Part shown: in pieces, positions 13,701-28,500 of the stretch
How positions within the stretch are numbered: position 1 is the stretch's first letter
Layout of the letters: each line of letters starts with the position of its first letter
Assembly (NCBI GenBank): GCA_030248215.1
Contig: JASANG010002859.1
Span: 124,001-188,000 of the forward strand
Direction: 5' to 3'
DNA length: 64,000 bases
DNA from: Enoplolaimus lenunculus
Taxonomy: Eukaryota
The notes under the pieces: generated by a model
Database searches by the model: none
What the model was told of the DNA's origin: nothing
Seen by the model: the letters and a program-made list of their open reading frames with translations, nothing else
Translations under genes and position numbers: made by a program

Positions 13701-16700
13701 CAAAATGGGCGTAGTTTGAAAACTTATAAAAGATAACAAGGGATATTAATACAACGGTTTCTTTTATGACACAGTTTATAACAACCTTTTAAAGTCAATT
13801 GTTACACACCCAGCTGTGATTCGCTTTTAACTGTGTTTTAGAGTCTTTAATAGCGAAAAATATATATTCGTGCTAAAAGGTTGTATAATTTGGCCCATGT
13901 ATAGAACAGGACCGGATCGGTTTCCGGAGGGGCTATAATAGAATCAGTTTAAGCTTTAGACTAATTTTTTTGCTTAGGATTAAGCTTTAGGCTTAGGCTT
14001 AGGAATAGGCTCATCCATACGCTTAGGCTTAGGCTTAGGGTTAGGCTTACGAATAGGTTCATCCATAAGCTTACGCTTAGCTTAGGCTTAGCCTTAGGGT
14101 TAGGCTTACGAATAGGCTCATCCATACGCTTACGCTTAGGCTTAGGCTTAGGAATATACTTATACTACTGTTCCGGCCCTGTTCTATACATGGGCCGTTT
14201 ATTTTTAAGTAAGCATTGATATATGATATCTATAATTTAGAGTGTTCTATGGGATTTATTTTGATATTTTTCAACAAGCGTTCAAACGAACTAAATGTGT
14301 CTTAGGGGTTGAATTACTACTTCACTCATTAAAAATTGTAAAGGCAAACGTGAAACAAATTTAATTACAAGTGTTGACTCTGAACCGATAACAGAAGGTA
14401 AGGGTCAATGTAAAGAACAGGGCTGTAACACAAGTATACGCATATTCCTAAGCTTAAACCTAAGCCAATGCCTAAGCGCAAAAATGAGCTTACTCCTAAG
14501 TCTAAACGTAAGCAAAAGATTAGTCTAAAGCTTAAGCTTAGTTTATTGCAGTTTCCCCAGAAAAACGTTCCGCCACTGATCTTTGCATCGGCCGATGTTG
14601 GCACGAAATTTGTAGGAAACAAAAAAGTATTTAGTTTTAATTTTGCTACAAAATTTTCAACCAAAACTGCTAATGAGCTTAAAAGTTTTTCACAAATTGT
14701 TGATATTCATCAGCAGTTACTGAAGTATGCTTTAAATAGACATTTTATTGTATTTCGCAAACCTTCTAACATGCTATATGGAGGGGGGTGTTAACCATTG
14801 TCCTACTAGATATTGAGTAATTTACAAGATGGGTCGAAACTTTGTTATTTGGCTCAAAAAGTTTCTAGTAGAAGTTGAGCTTAGCGCACTTTCCTTGGCT
14901 GCTGGCCTGTTTTTTTTGCACTTGCAATTCAGTGATTGCACTGTATGAGCAACACTTTTAACTATTTTAAATCAGTATTACAAGCACTTTTTGATAATAT
15001 ATGACATTGGCTGGGTTTCTGAAACCCTACTTAAGTATTACTTGGTACTAAGTACGTACTAAGTAATTACTTAGCCATTCTGTCGTTTTTAAAGCGTACT
15101 TAAGTTAAGTAAATACTTAAACCGGTGACTAAATGTGATAGATTTCAAATTAACAGTTCAGATATACTAACTTTGGTCCAAATGAAATTGCAGATTCGTG
15201 GTGCCTTCTTAATATAAATCAAAACTGTTGCTTTTTTTGTTATGACAATGGCTCACATTAGGCGTTTACCTGTTTTGTTCGAAAAGATAAGTATTTACTT
15301 AAGTCGGCGAATTACGTAATTACTTAAGTATAACTTAAGTAAATACTTAAGTAAGATTTCAGTAACTCAGCCATTAAAAATGTTTTTATATTGATTCAAA
15401 ATTGTGTTATAACACAAAACAATAATCAGACCGAGTAAGTATACACATGACCGGATCAGTCACTCATCCAGGGGCCTCTACCCCCTGCCCTCATCCAGAC
15501 AAAGCTTTAAACACAAAAATGGCCATTCATATCCATCAGAATGTGAAAAACATTTTGGTCATTGCAAGGGATCCCCACAATGGGATTTTGGGGGCCCACC
15601 ATAGCGTGCCGTTAGGACTGAGTGTACCGAGTGATAAAGAAGTATTAATTCTCTCAAAAATGTATCAAACTGTAGCGTTAATAGAGACTATTAGACATTG
15701 CACAAGCTTAGAGTTTAGGCTTCGACTCAGTCATACAATTATGTTTAATTTCCAACGCAAATTTCAGCAGGTGACAAACTAAGGGTTGCGCTATGCTTCA
15801 CTGCGCCTGACGCCGCGGCACGCCGCTGCTCGCCGCTATGCGTTGTTAACAAAAATATGGGCAACATTTGTTTGGCGTCGGACGACAAGTATGGCGCAAC
15901 CCGAACCAATTCAAATACAGAACATTGTCGTTTAAGTTTTTTTTTCGTTTTCCGGTTCGCAAAACCTTTAAAAATAGACACTGTTACTTGAAAACACGGA
16001 AACTTGGTTGTGAGCAATTGAATTTTTGTTGGATTGTAAACTTTATCTACAAAGGTGCAACCGGAGGTAAAAAATTACAAGAGCCGAAGCCGGAGCCGGA
16101 GGTCAACGGTGAAGCGAAATTAGGTAAAGTATAAAATGATGATTCATTAGTTAATTTTAGCAAATATCTGCAATTAAAGTTGTTTGGTTTTACGCTAAAT
16201 TTCCTGGAAAATTCCTCAAATTCTTTCCTGAAAATTGTGACAAAAGTAAAACAAAACACGCTAAACAGATAAATTTTGCAAAATTATGCAAAATTTTTGA
16301 TGCGGGAATTGCCGGAACTTCCGGCAAAAAAATTCTATCGGAGCCGAAGCCGGAGCTGGAGGCCTATTTTCTGCCGGAGCCGGAGGCAGACCTCCGGTTG
16401 TACCCTGTTACACTGTATGCAGCAATATTTATAATGGTATAGAACAGAATATTTCAATGAAAACTATCAAATGTGTTCTTTGGAGTTATCCTTCAACCGA
16501 TCCTTGTGGATTACGATCTAATTTGAGTACAAACAAACCAGGTACAAGTTTCATTTCACTTATTTTTGTATTTTCGCCAACTTTTCGCATTTACAAAATC
16601 ACTGACGTGGCAGTTTTTAGATTATGAAAAGCCGAAACAACGCAGTGTCTCTTCATTTTCAACCATGGAACAGGAGCGTCAGGACAACAGCCAGCCATCT

Positions 16701-19700
16701 ATGGCGTCCGGTCAAATACATACCGAGGACTTGCTGCAATTTGAAGGAAGCATGTCTGACAAATCCTCTTCTGGTGATAGACCTGTGTTTGAAAGTGAAG
16801 TTCAACCTCAGGTTGCTTCAGAATCGGTAAAAGGTTGGTAAAGTATACGCTATTACGCGTTATTCTTTGGTACCTGGTTTGTTGAAATTGAAATTTTATT
16901 TTTTCAAGTTATCAAATGAAATCCCTAAATATTGAAAATGCGGACATTATCGAAAGGGATATGTCCAAATGCGAAAAAAGAACAAGTTATGCACTTTCCA
17001 CCGCACGAACTTTTCAGGGTTTTGGTGGCATACACTGCAAAAAACGGTGAGTCAAATTGACTCTCTCCGAAATAGACTCCACGGTACTACACAAACTGAG
17101 TCAAATTCGACTCCGCCAAAGTGAAATTCGACTCACTTGATCGCACATTTGGCTCTGGCGGAGTTGAATTTGATTTGACTCATGCGTAGACTCGAAAAGC
17201 CTACTTCGGAGGGAGTCAATTTGACTCCCGTTTTTTGCAGTGTAATATTCGTTTATTATTTTAGTCATAGGTTTAGGTTTAAGCTGAGGTTCAGGTTTGG
17301 ATTTAGGCTTAGGCTTCAGCATAGTAAGAAGGTGTGCACATACAAACGTCAGTGTACAATTCCAACGCACTCACTGATCTGCTGAAGAAATATCACTTTT
17401 TGGCTGTCATTTGTGAGTCTACTGCTGAGTTTCTGAAATCTTATTCAAGTATTTACTTAAGATATACTTAAGTAATTACTCAAGTTGACGACTTAAGTAA
17501 AGACTTAAATTTCGGATAAAATCAAATAAACGCCGTGCCAGCCATTGCCATAAACAAGAAAGTTATAGTTGTGCTTTATATTAAGAAGGCACCGTGCATC
17601 TGCAGTGTCAATAAAAATAAGGTTAGTTTGCCTGAATGGTAAGTTTGTAATGTATCAAATTTAGTCAGTCACTTAAGTATTTACTAAACTTAAGTATGCT
17701 TTTAAAAACGACAAAATCGTTAAGTAATTACTTAGCACGTACTTAAGTACTAAGTCGTACTTAAGCAGGGTTTCGGAAACCCAGCCATTGAGAAGAATTT
17801 TTAGAGTATTTTTTCAGTATAATCAGCTTGTTTTATATTTTATTTTACCGCACGGCACATTTTTATTTGTAATCTATTCATTGCACGTTTTATGCAAATC
17901 TTGCTATATCCAACATCTAATAGATGCTTGATATTGTTTTATTTTATGCAAATCTTGCTATATCCAACATCTAATAGATGCTTGATATTGTTTTAGGAGC
18001 GAATGATTTGCCAGCTCATAGTATGGTCACGTTACTTCGGCAGACGTTTGAGCGTGGTTCACTGAATCGAAAACAGAAAAGTAAGTGTAAATGCATTTTT
18101 GGTCGTTAACATATTCATTTGCATAAACACAGTTTAAACGTACTCCTTTAAGGTAGATTAAAGGGGAAATTTCATTGATAAACACAGTTTAAGCGTACTC
18201 CTTTAAGGTAGATTAAAGTGGAAATTTCATTGATACACACAGTTTAAGCGTACTCCTTTAAGGTAGATTAAAGTGGAAATATCATTGATAAACACAGTTT
18301 AAGCGTACTCCTTTAAGGTAGATTAAAGGGGAAATTTCATTGATAAACACAGTTTAAGCGTACTCCTTTAAGGTAGATTAAAGGGGAAATTTCATTGATA
18401 AACACAGTTTAAGCGTACTCCTTTAAGGTAGATTAAAGTGGAAATTTCATTGATAAACACAGTTTAAGCGTACTCCTTTAAGGTAGATTAAAGTGGAAAT
18501 TTCATTGATAAACACAGTTTAAGCGTACTCCTTTAAGGTAGATTAAAGTGGAAATTTCATTGATAAACACAGTTTAAGCGTACTCCTTTACACTGTAAAT
18601 TTCAGTGAGTTGTTTTTAACTCAGAATGAGTTGAATCACTCAGTCTGAATTAGGACTATCAGAACTCAGAATTTTGAGTTTATTCAATTCAATCTGAGTT
18701 AAATTATGAACTTACCCATAGTCAACACAACTGAGAGCGAGAATTAACTCATTCTGAGTTGATTTGATTCTCGCTCTCAGTTGAGTTGACTATGGGTAAG
18801 TTGATAATTTAACTCAGATTGAATTGAATAAACTCAAAATTTTGAGTTCTTATAGTCCTAATTCAGACTGAGTGATTCAACTCATTCTGAGTTAAAATCA
18901 ACTCACTGAAATTTACAGTTTAAGCGTACTCCTTTAAGGTAGATTAAAGTGGAAATTTCATTGATAAACACAGTTTAAGCGTACTCCTTTACACGGTAAA
19001 TTTCAGTGAGTTGATTTTAACTCAGAATGAGTTGAATCACTCAGTCTGAATTAGGACTATCAGAAATCATAATTTTGAGTTTATTCAATTCAATCTGAGT
19101 TAAATTATCAACTTACCCATAGTCAACACAACTGAGAGCGAGAATTAACTCATTCTGAGTTGATTTGATTCTCGCTCTCAGTTGAGTTGACTATGGGTAA
19201 GTTGATAATTTAACTCAGATTGAATTGAATAAACTCAAAATTCTGAGTTCTGATAGTCCTAATTCAGACTGAGTGATTCAACTCATTCTGAGTTAAAATC
19301 AACTCACTGAAATTTACAGTTTCAGCGTACTCCTTTAAGGTAGATTAAAGGGGAAATTTCATTGATAAACACAGTTTAAGCGTACTCCTTTAAGGTAGAT
19401 TAAAGTGGAAATTTCGTTGATAAACACAGTTTAAGCGTACTCCTTTAAGGTAGATTAAAGGGGAAATTTCATTGATAAACACAGTTTACGCGTACTCCTT
19501 TAAGGTAGATTAAAGGGGAAATTTCATTGATAAACACAGTTTAAGCACACTCCTTTAAGGTAGATTAAAGTGGAAATTTCATTGATAAACACAGTTTAAG
19601 CGTACTCTTTAAGGTAGAATAAAGTGGAAATTTCATTGATAAACACAGTTTAAGCGTACTCCTTTAAGGTAGATTAAAGGGGAAATTTCATTGATAAACA

Positions 19701-22700
19701 CAGTTTAAGCGCACTCCTTTAAGGTAGATTAAAGGGGAAATTTTATTGATTGCTATTACTCTTTAACCAAAAGTTCATGAGATACAAGAGCATGTTGCCG
19801 TTGGCGTTCCGCATGGTACAAAATATATCACCGGGCGTTGCGTTTTTGGTCGACCTCTTTTATTTACCAGGGTTGCTATAACATACAATACCCCTACATT
19901 AAACTATGACCGGAGCATTTTGGACACTGTATACGTACAGCGCCATGGTTCGAACAAGTTGTTCCCTTCCTCTACATCAAAATAAGGGGTTGTAGGTAAA
20001 AAACGCAACGCGCGATGGGTACATTCTTTTTTACACAGAATGTACCCAGTTGCACTCTTGAAAAAGTCTTTATCGACTCTTGCTTTAACTGATCATTACT
20101 TGTGAATATTACTCTTAGACACTTTTATAGTTATGCAAGTTTTGGTATATTTGGGTTAAAAGTATTCCGCGAGCTAAGACACGACATCATTTTAGTGTTA
20201 TTCCTTGATATATAATCTTGGATTTGATTCTCTTTGATGTTCCCATATCGTTGTGGCTCCCCTTGTTGATCCGCCATTGAAACCTACCGTGCAATCCATT
20301 AATATCTCAATTTAAACGATTCGCCGTGTTATCAATCAATTTATATTGTTCCACACGGGCGCGTAGTCAAGGGGGGCAATGGTACGCTCAGCACCCCCCT
20401 GGAATTTGCCACCCTGAAAAATTTTCAACCTTGCCTGTAAGTCAATGAACACCCGTGTATGCCGCTCCTGAAAAACGTTTAGCCCGCCTAGCACGGTGAG
20501 TTGACTACGGGCTTGGTTCCACATAACCTTGAAATCTGCCATTGACTATACTAGAATAATGTCCTAAGAATTTGACAATATTAATAGCTAAAATCTACAA
20601 TATTCTCGTTGTGGTTTAAATCTTAAAAGATAAGCTTACATATTTACTTCCACTAGATTCATTAAGGTCACCGTCAGATACGTGCAAAGGGTGCGCAGGC
20701 GCGCTTCCTCTGAGTTCTCTAAACAAGATTTATACATGAAGGTATATAGAGTACAAATATTTCCTAATAGTTTCACACAGTCATTGTTAATAAGCGTTTT
20801 ACTCAAAATCCCACCTTGCAAACCCCGACCAAAATTCCAGCAGCTACGCTGACCGAGACGCTTATATATTTAGTATATCATGTATTGCTTTGTATTACAC
20901 CAGAGCCCGTATTCTCAAATGTGTGCAGCACCTATTACTAGTTGGTGATCGGTTTTGTCGCTTTCGAATCAGGGAATGGCGACGTTTGAAATTCAGCACA
21001 TTTATTGTTTTAGCAGTTCGTTAGTTTGAAGAGCTATTGCCGTTAGGTGCTGTATGCATTTGAAAATATGAACCCACAATTTAACGAATATCTCACGTAT
21101 TTTTAGTTCGGCCAATATATAGAACAGAGCTTTAACAGTAGTATAACCATATTCCTAGCCCAATGCCCAAGCCTAAGCCTAAGGCTAAACAAAATTTATC
21201 TAAAGCTTAAGCTTACTCTATTGCAGTCCCGCAGAAAAACGCTCCGTCTCCGATCTTTTACATGCACTCTTAAGTCAAAGCAAATTTAGAATTTCACTCT
21301 TTGCTACAGTTTAATAGTTCAAAAATAGTATTTTTATCGACTTTTTCTGAAAGTTAATGCTCGGCTGCTATATTTAGCTCAAACTCTATCATTGAAACGT
21401 TTTCTTCTGAAAAAAACGTATATTTTTTTATTTGAACAAGCTTGCAAATTCAAATTTTGACACATTTTGGACTATGATACGTTATTAAATTGTCTGTGCA
21501 AGCTTACTCTTGCAATAGCGTTTTGTCATTGGCTAAAATAATAAAATTTAGCAGGAATTAATTTGATCTGAATACGATTTTTTCAAAGATTTAATTTAGC
21601 ATTGTCTTAAATACCGTTACTGAAGTAAAGTTGGGCGAAAATCCTGTGTTAAGGTTGCGTAGACAGCGAAAGTGTTGTTATAAACTCAATCTATTAACGG
21701 GGTTAGGACCTGAACAAAGGTTTAACGCAACGAATGTTTCGGTTTTATGCGTTCTAAAACGAGTAAAATTTATATTTAATGTTTTCGGAAAATATATTTT
21801 ATGCTAAATAATTACAATAAACAATGGTTGATGGATAGATCTGAAATTCAATGTATAGAACATGGCCGTAACAGTAGTATAAGCGTAGTCCTAAATCTAA
21901 ACCTAAACGAAAGCTTAGGAGTAACTGTGAACTTATACCAAAGCGTAAGCCTAAGAGTAAGTCTAAGCTAAAAATTAGTTATAAGTTTAAGCTTAGTCTG
22001 CTGCAGTCGCACGGAACATTGTTCCGCCTCTGATCTTTACATGGATTGATTTGAAAATCAAAATTTGGTCCTTTTTTACACAAAAAACGTGTTACAATGT
22101 AGTTTGTAATTATGATGATTAGTTCGCTACGCCTATTGGCCAAATTTGCAGTTTACGGTGATAGTCATTTTCAGTTGATGTGAATTGTATTTAGCTTCGT
22201 ACTCTCTAAAAGTTTAAACTAACTTGAGTTAAGCTTAAGTATAATCCAGGAGTATTAAGCTAAGTTTCTAGATTAACTGAACTAACAGGTTGGCTTAATA
22301 CTCTTAAACTAAATTAAAATCTTACGTATTTTTAGTTTAAGCTAAGATTAGTGAACTCGTAGACACACAAAATTGCTAAGCTGGATTTGTTACTTGAACC
22401 AAAAACAAGTTTACTTAAACGCGTGTTAAACTTAAAAACATATTAGTTTAAGTAAAACTTCAAATTCTAGTTTTAGTTAGTCCGTCTTGCCATTTAAGTT
22501 TTACTTAAACTAATATTCAAGTTTAGTTAAGCTATAATTTAAGTTTAAGTTTTTAGATAGTACAACATTGAAAATATACAAATACAGGTCAAAATTTAAA
22601 ACAAAATAAACCTTACATGGCGTTTGAATACAATTTTAAAGCTTAACAGACATTTTATTGCATCCGGTGTAGGATGTGAAACTTTAATCCTTCGGTGAAC

Positions 22701-25470
22701 GTTACAAAAGTCAAAAATATTTGAGTATATATTTTTATTTGTTCTATAGTTTTGACAATTTAGAGACGGAAAATATATCAAATTGTATGAAATGTTATCA
22801 AATTTTAGTATCAGACTAGGTAATTTGACAAATTTTACAACGACTTTTGTCAACCAAAAATCAATGCATGCATTCCTGAAGCATCTCTCACCAGTTGATG
22901 ATCGATCTTGTACCGTACGACGGCTAGTGATACCGTCCACAACAGCCTTACTCGGGCTTGCATCTGTCGGGCACCAAAAATCTCATCAGCAATAAAAATA
23001 TTTGCATCTTGGATGCAATTCGGGTTCAGCACCTGGTTATTCAAGCCTATTTGTCCCTCGCTGGTTTCGCTGGCAAGGTTTCGTTCGCCATTATTTATTG
23101 CGCCCAAACGTATGTGGCACCTTATTCTTGGATCGGCTACTACGTCCCTGGATGATATTTTGCATGAGACATATCCAACAAATTGGGGGGGGGTTTGGAT
23201 GCCGTAACCGCGGCACTTCTGTTGTATCTTTCGTATTGCAAGTTTGCTAGATTGAAAACCTATTACTGATTAATGGTTGTTCCTGGTTTCCTTTGTTCAT
23301 TGCTTTCATTTCACATTTTTACAGTAAGATCTAACAGGGTGCACGTTTGAACCTTAATTGAACCTTAAAATAATATCATTCTAAAATGAGCTATGAATGT
23401 TTACAAACATATCTTATCCACTCTAAATCCCTTTTAGTTGATTAATTAATTCAGAGAGAGAATTAGTTATATCTGGCTATTTCTGAGTTAAAATCAGTAG
23501 ATATAAACTCACTCTGAGTTGATTTAATTCCGAGTGAGTTGACAAATTAACTCAGGATGAGTGTTAAATCAATTCAGACTTCTGAGTTCTGAATGACCTA
23601 ATTCAGCGCTTTAGAGCTCTGAGTGGATTCAACTGATTCTGAGTTAAAATCAACTCACTGAAATTTACACTGATGCTGATTGAACTTTTATCGTAATTAA
23701 TAATATAATCTTACTACTCCATTAAGTGAGAGTGTTAACTCATCATGTTTTACGTCAGCCTACAAACAACTGCGTTTGGTAAGAAATTATACTGGCGAAG
23801 CATTTGCCCATCGGTGGCGTATTTTCCATTTTATCTGAGAAATATTTTCAAGCAAAGATTCGAACCCTCAACTCTTGGGTGATGAACGTTTACTGTCGCT
23901 GCTCTGGGCAGAGAAGCGTGCAGACACTCGAGTTCGAGGCGGTTTTGTCATCTTGAGCAGCTTTTGCACTGAGCATTATTTCGACTACGCAGTTTGCACC
24001 GAGTTGACCATTAATTTACTCTACGTGGGAGGGCAAAATAGGCAGTTGTAGATCCAGAAATTTGTGACTGAAAAAAGGCACTTATACCACTGCGCCACAC
24101 GGCCCACCATAGCATAGATTTGGTACTTTTACCGCCTTCTAGCAACGCCTAAGCCTAACTTAAGTTCTAAGAGAGACTTCGTGGAGCCAGGGACTGCCTT
24201 AAGATGTGGTTTTAGGGTTTGGTTTTATTTTAATATACAGATTTTTCGAGCAAAGCGATAACGAAAGTGCCGGTAATTGTCTGAAATAAAGGAGAACGCT
24301 TCGGTAGTCACGTCTAAAGGCGATCCTGTGGATCAATCCTGAGAATGGGTTATAAATCAAATTTCGTTACGATGATCCGTGATTTTTGGTTTAGGGCAGC
24401 TTAACTGACATGGTTTTATAGTTAAGTGGTTATTATGAAGGTATTGAACTGGTAACACACGAAGCCCGGTTTTAAAATTTTTACAGAATCTTTCGAAACA
24501 ACTGGCCAATGTTGCAGGCCCGTAGCCAACTCACCTTGCTAGGGGGGAAGGCTAAAAATTTTTAGGAGGGGCATTCAAGGGTTTTCACTGAGTTACAAGG
24601 AATGTTGAGAATTCTCTAGGGGGGGCAAAATTGTTCCAGTGGGAGCTGTCGAGCTCCCTGTACCTGCCTTGGCTACAGACCCGCAATACGTGATTAACGG
24701 TTTGATTTCAGATCTCGGCGATTTTAAAGAGTATCGAATTCCAAACGGAACTGTGATCCCAGAATCACAACGACTTCGTCAAACTTGGGAACGTCGGGAC
24801 TGGCAGGCGTCTCAGAGTTTAGATCGCACTTATGGCATGCAACCACCGTCGCGAAGACAAGATTCAGTTACAAAATCGAATAGTGTCACAGCTCTATACG
24901 AGCGTGTAGATGATTTGGTCAACAGTGAAGAAGTTTCAGCTACCAAACCTGGAGTTCCGCAAGGAAGACAACGGCCGCCTTTGCCTGAACAAAAATTGAA
25001 CCATAAATGGGTTACAGATTCAAGTGGACGCTGGATAAATCGAGAATCAGGGCCGACCAGTGGCCGGGTAAGGCCCCAAGCGACGGAAAGCTCTGAGAGT
25101 TTCTCTACAGCTGGGTATGATCAGAAGAATGGGCAGGCACATGATCGACCGCGTCGGCATTCGTCACATGAGTTGAGTGGCTACGAAAGCGAAATAGGCT
25201 CCGATGGAGGATTAAGCCTACGCGAGCTTACCGAAGCGTTCATGAGCCGGCCCCACACAACAGAAAAAGTATCAGCTCAAGATGAGTTAAGCAATTGTGC
25301 TACACATACGACAAAAGACCCTGAGTTTCGCACACTGGGTCACGTTACAGAACGTGAATTCGACCCACGTCAAATTATTGCTAATTTAAATCGAATGGAA
25401 GCCGAAATGAGCATGCATGCAAAGCAACAGTACTATTCGTTGCCACGGCAACTGCAGCTGCCACAACAGC

Positions 25471-25547
<77 letters not shown>

Positions 25548-28500
25548 ACACTATCACAACCTAAACAACAAAATCAAAAAAATATCAATTTTGGAACTAT
25601 TGGTAATGAATCCAATCAATTTTTAAGCTTCAATAATCAGATGACAGCTAACCACCTATTGGAAGAACCGCAGTTGCTATTGTTGTATTTAGACAGTCAT
25701 CGAGAGTTGCTCACTCGTCTCGGAATCGAGTTACCACCGCAACTCGAGCGACAAATGGAGCAATTATCACACGACGCTGCAGTACGTGTCGATTTGGTTG
25801 GATCACCTCAAAAACAACAACGGCATCAATTTTGGCAACAACAACAACAACAACAACAGCAACAGCAACAGTTTTGGCAACAGAAGCAACAGAATAGTGG
25901 TATACGAACGAATCATCGGTTGACCAATGAAATTAGAGTTCAGCGTTCCGAACTAAGTAGTGATCAGAAAGCAGAAACGTTAGCAAAATTATCCAATGAG
26001 CTGCTTGCGTTACAACGAAAGCAACAACAAAACAACCAATCGCCTGCCGATACTGGTCTGTCAATTTCGCAATTGACCAATGAAATGATGCAGGTTGATG
26101 TCGTGTCCAATAGCAGTAACACATTCCCAAGACAAAAAGAACAGTTTGGTATGTTTGAATTTATTTTAAATTTGGACTTTTCCGACACCAATGAATTTTA
26201 AATTTCAGACTTTATACTGGAAGCTCCAGCATTAACATTGTCGTAAAACATATTTTTCAAAAAAATTTTCGCTGCAAAGCGGTCTCTGTTTCGTGTTTAT
26301 CTTTAAATTTAGCTCATTCTATTCAGTTGTACATGAGCAATTGATGATACACTGCAAGAAAATGGTGAGTCAAATTGACTCTCTCCGAAATACGCCTTTC
26401 CGGGCTACACAAACTGAGTCATATTCAACTGACTGGGTCCCTCGATGAGTCGAATTCGACTCGGTGGAGTCGAATTTGACCTACTTTGTGTAGTCCGGAA
26501 AAGCCTATTTCGGAGAGAGTCAATTTGACTCACCATTTTTTACTGTGCGCTCTGCAACACATTCTTTCAAAGGCGTACCTACGGGAGGGGTGTTCAGGGG
26601 TCAATTACATTTGGGTTGTTTGTAAACGGTTGTTTAGATACTTTTTCAGTTTATAACACAAGAACACCCGTTCGAAATTTGTACATAACGTAACTTAGTG
26701 TCTAGAAATGATGGCTTTGCACCTGTATTCTTTCATCTTAATATTTCAGTTACTACCAGCGCTGCAGGATCGGGTGGTCGATACGCGAAGAATCCAGTCA
26801 AACATCAAAATTTCACTTCGTCAACGTCGCGAAAATCATCAGTGAAAGCAAACGCTTCATCGAAGACCATGGAACCCAAATCCGGACCGCCACGATACCT
26901 TCAGTCACAAACGTTCGAAGTCGATGAGCACATGGTAGCTCAACAATCGGTTAATGATGAAGAACAGCAAAAGCAAGTTGTCGCATCGGCAAAACCTGGA
27001 GCTCGGGGTGGTGAAAGCTTGATCGCGTACGAAATTCGAATCGCTCGTGAACGAGAAGCGGAACTGAAACGAAGTCGATCACAACTCGGGCTGCCAACGT
27101 TAGACGAAATGTTGCAACAATGGCGAAGTCCGCGAAATGACGCTAGCTATCCGTTGCGTACCGTTCAATCAATGGATCATTTGCATATCAACGCACAACA
27201 GCCGGCGGCGCAAAACACGGATATGGCGAAAGATCAGGCGCAAATGCTAATTGCTGCAGGTAAGTAATTATGCACTGTAAATTTCAATCAGTTGATTTTA
27301 ACTCAGAATGAGTTGAATCACTCAGTAATGAGGTAGGACTATCAGAACTCAAAATTTTAAGTTGATTCAATTTAGTCTGTGTTAATAAATCAACTCACAC
27401 AGAATCAACTCAACTCAGACTGAGTTGATGTTTATTGATATCAACTCAAAAATAACCAACTCGCAAGCTGAATTGATTAATCAACTGTTGGAATTTACAG
27501 TGTGTGTAATACCAAAAACTTATATTTTAAATGTAAAATTTGAACATTTTAATGGAGACCGCACATACAGGGTTCCAACCGGAACTAGATTTTGTCGGAA
27601 GCGGAATCGGAATCGGAATCAAATTTTTCAGTCGGAACCGGGATCGGAATCGGAATCGGAATCAAGTTTTAGTAATTTTATTAAAAAGTTAAAGGTGTAT
27701 TGCAGTATGCCTGTTTCCGTAAACTGTTCACAGTTTAGTAAAAATTGCTTATATAGCTGTCGGAATACGCGTAACAACTCGGAATATTTACTAAGAGAAA
27801 CCGAGCAGAATAATTGCAAATGAACGAAACAAAACGAAACAAGCAAAATCTAAGTTCAATTATCTTAAAAACTGATAACTGAAAAATCACAATTCCGGCA
27901 TCGGAACAGCAGTCAGCCGGAGTCGGAATCGGAAGTCAAATTTTGCCGGAATTTTAACCGGAATCGGAATTCCAATAGAACCCTGCCGCACAGCAAGCGA
28001 TGGGCTAACACCCGGATATGTCGTACAATAGTCGGCGGGGCCTAATTACTCTGAATGTCTTGAATTAACTCAGATTTCTGAGTTCTGTTATTCTGCGTTA
28101 ATTAATCAACTCACCTGAAATTAGATCAAGTCAGAGTGAGTTTGTGTTTACTGTTATTAAACTCAGAAACAGCCAGAAATAACTAATTCGCTCTCTGAGT
28201 TGATCAACCAACTCAATGTAATTTTAGTGATGAACAAATGCCAGCCGACTTCGGATTAATGAGGATACAATTAAAGCTGACTTTGCAAACAAAGCTAAAC
28301 TTTTTGGTAGAAATGAATCTAATTCTAGTGGAAAACAGCGAAATGACTATTTTTGACAATGCGAAAGTGCATTAATACTTCTAGGATACAACGCAATGCC
28401 AAATAATCCAATTGAACGCCGATCAACATCATTGACTCACCTTCATCAGGTCCAAGTGAGTCAGCGGCCGACTCAAACCGAGCAGAAATTATCTAAAATT

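Noticed and set aside
18124..19745. Regularly spaced repeats that could be mistaken for a CRISPR array
   Set aside because: Units are head-to-tail with no unique spacers, the context is eukaryotic, and there are no cas genes.
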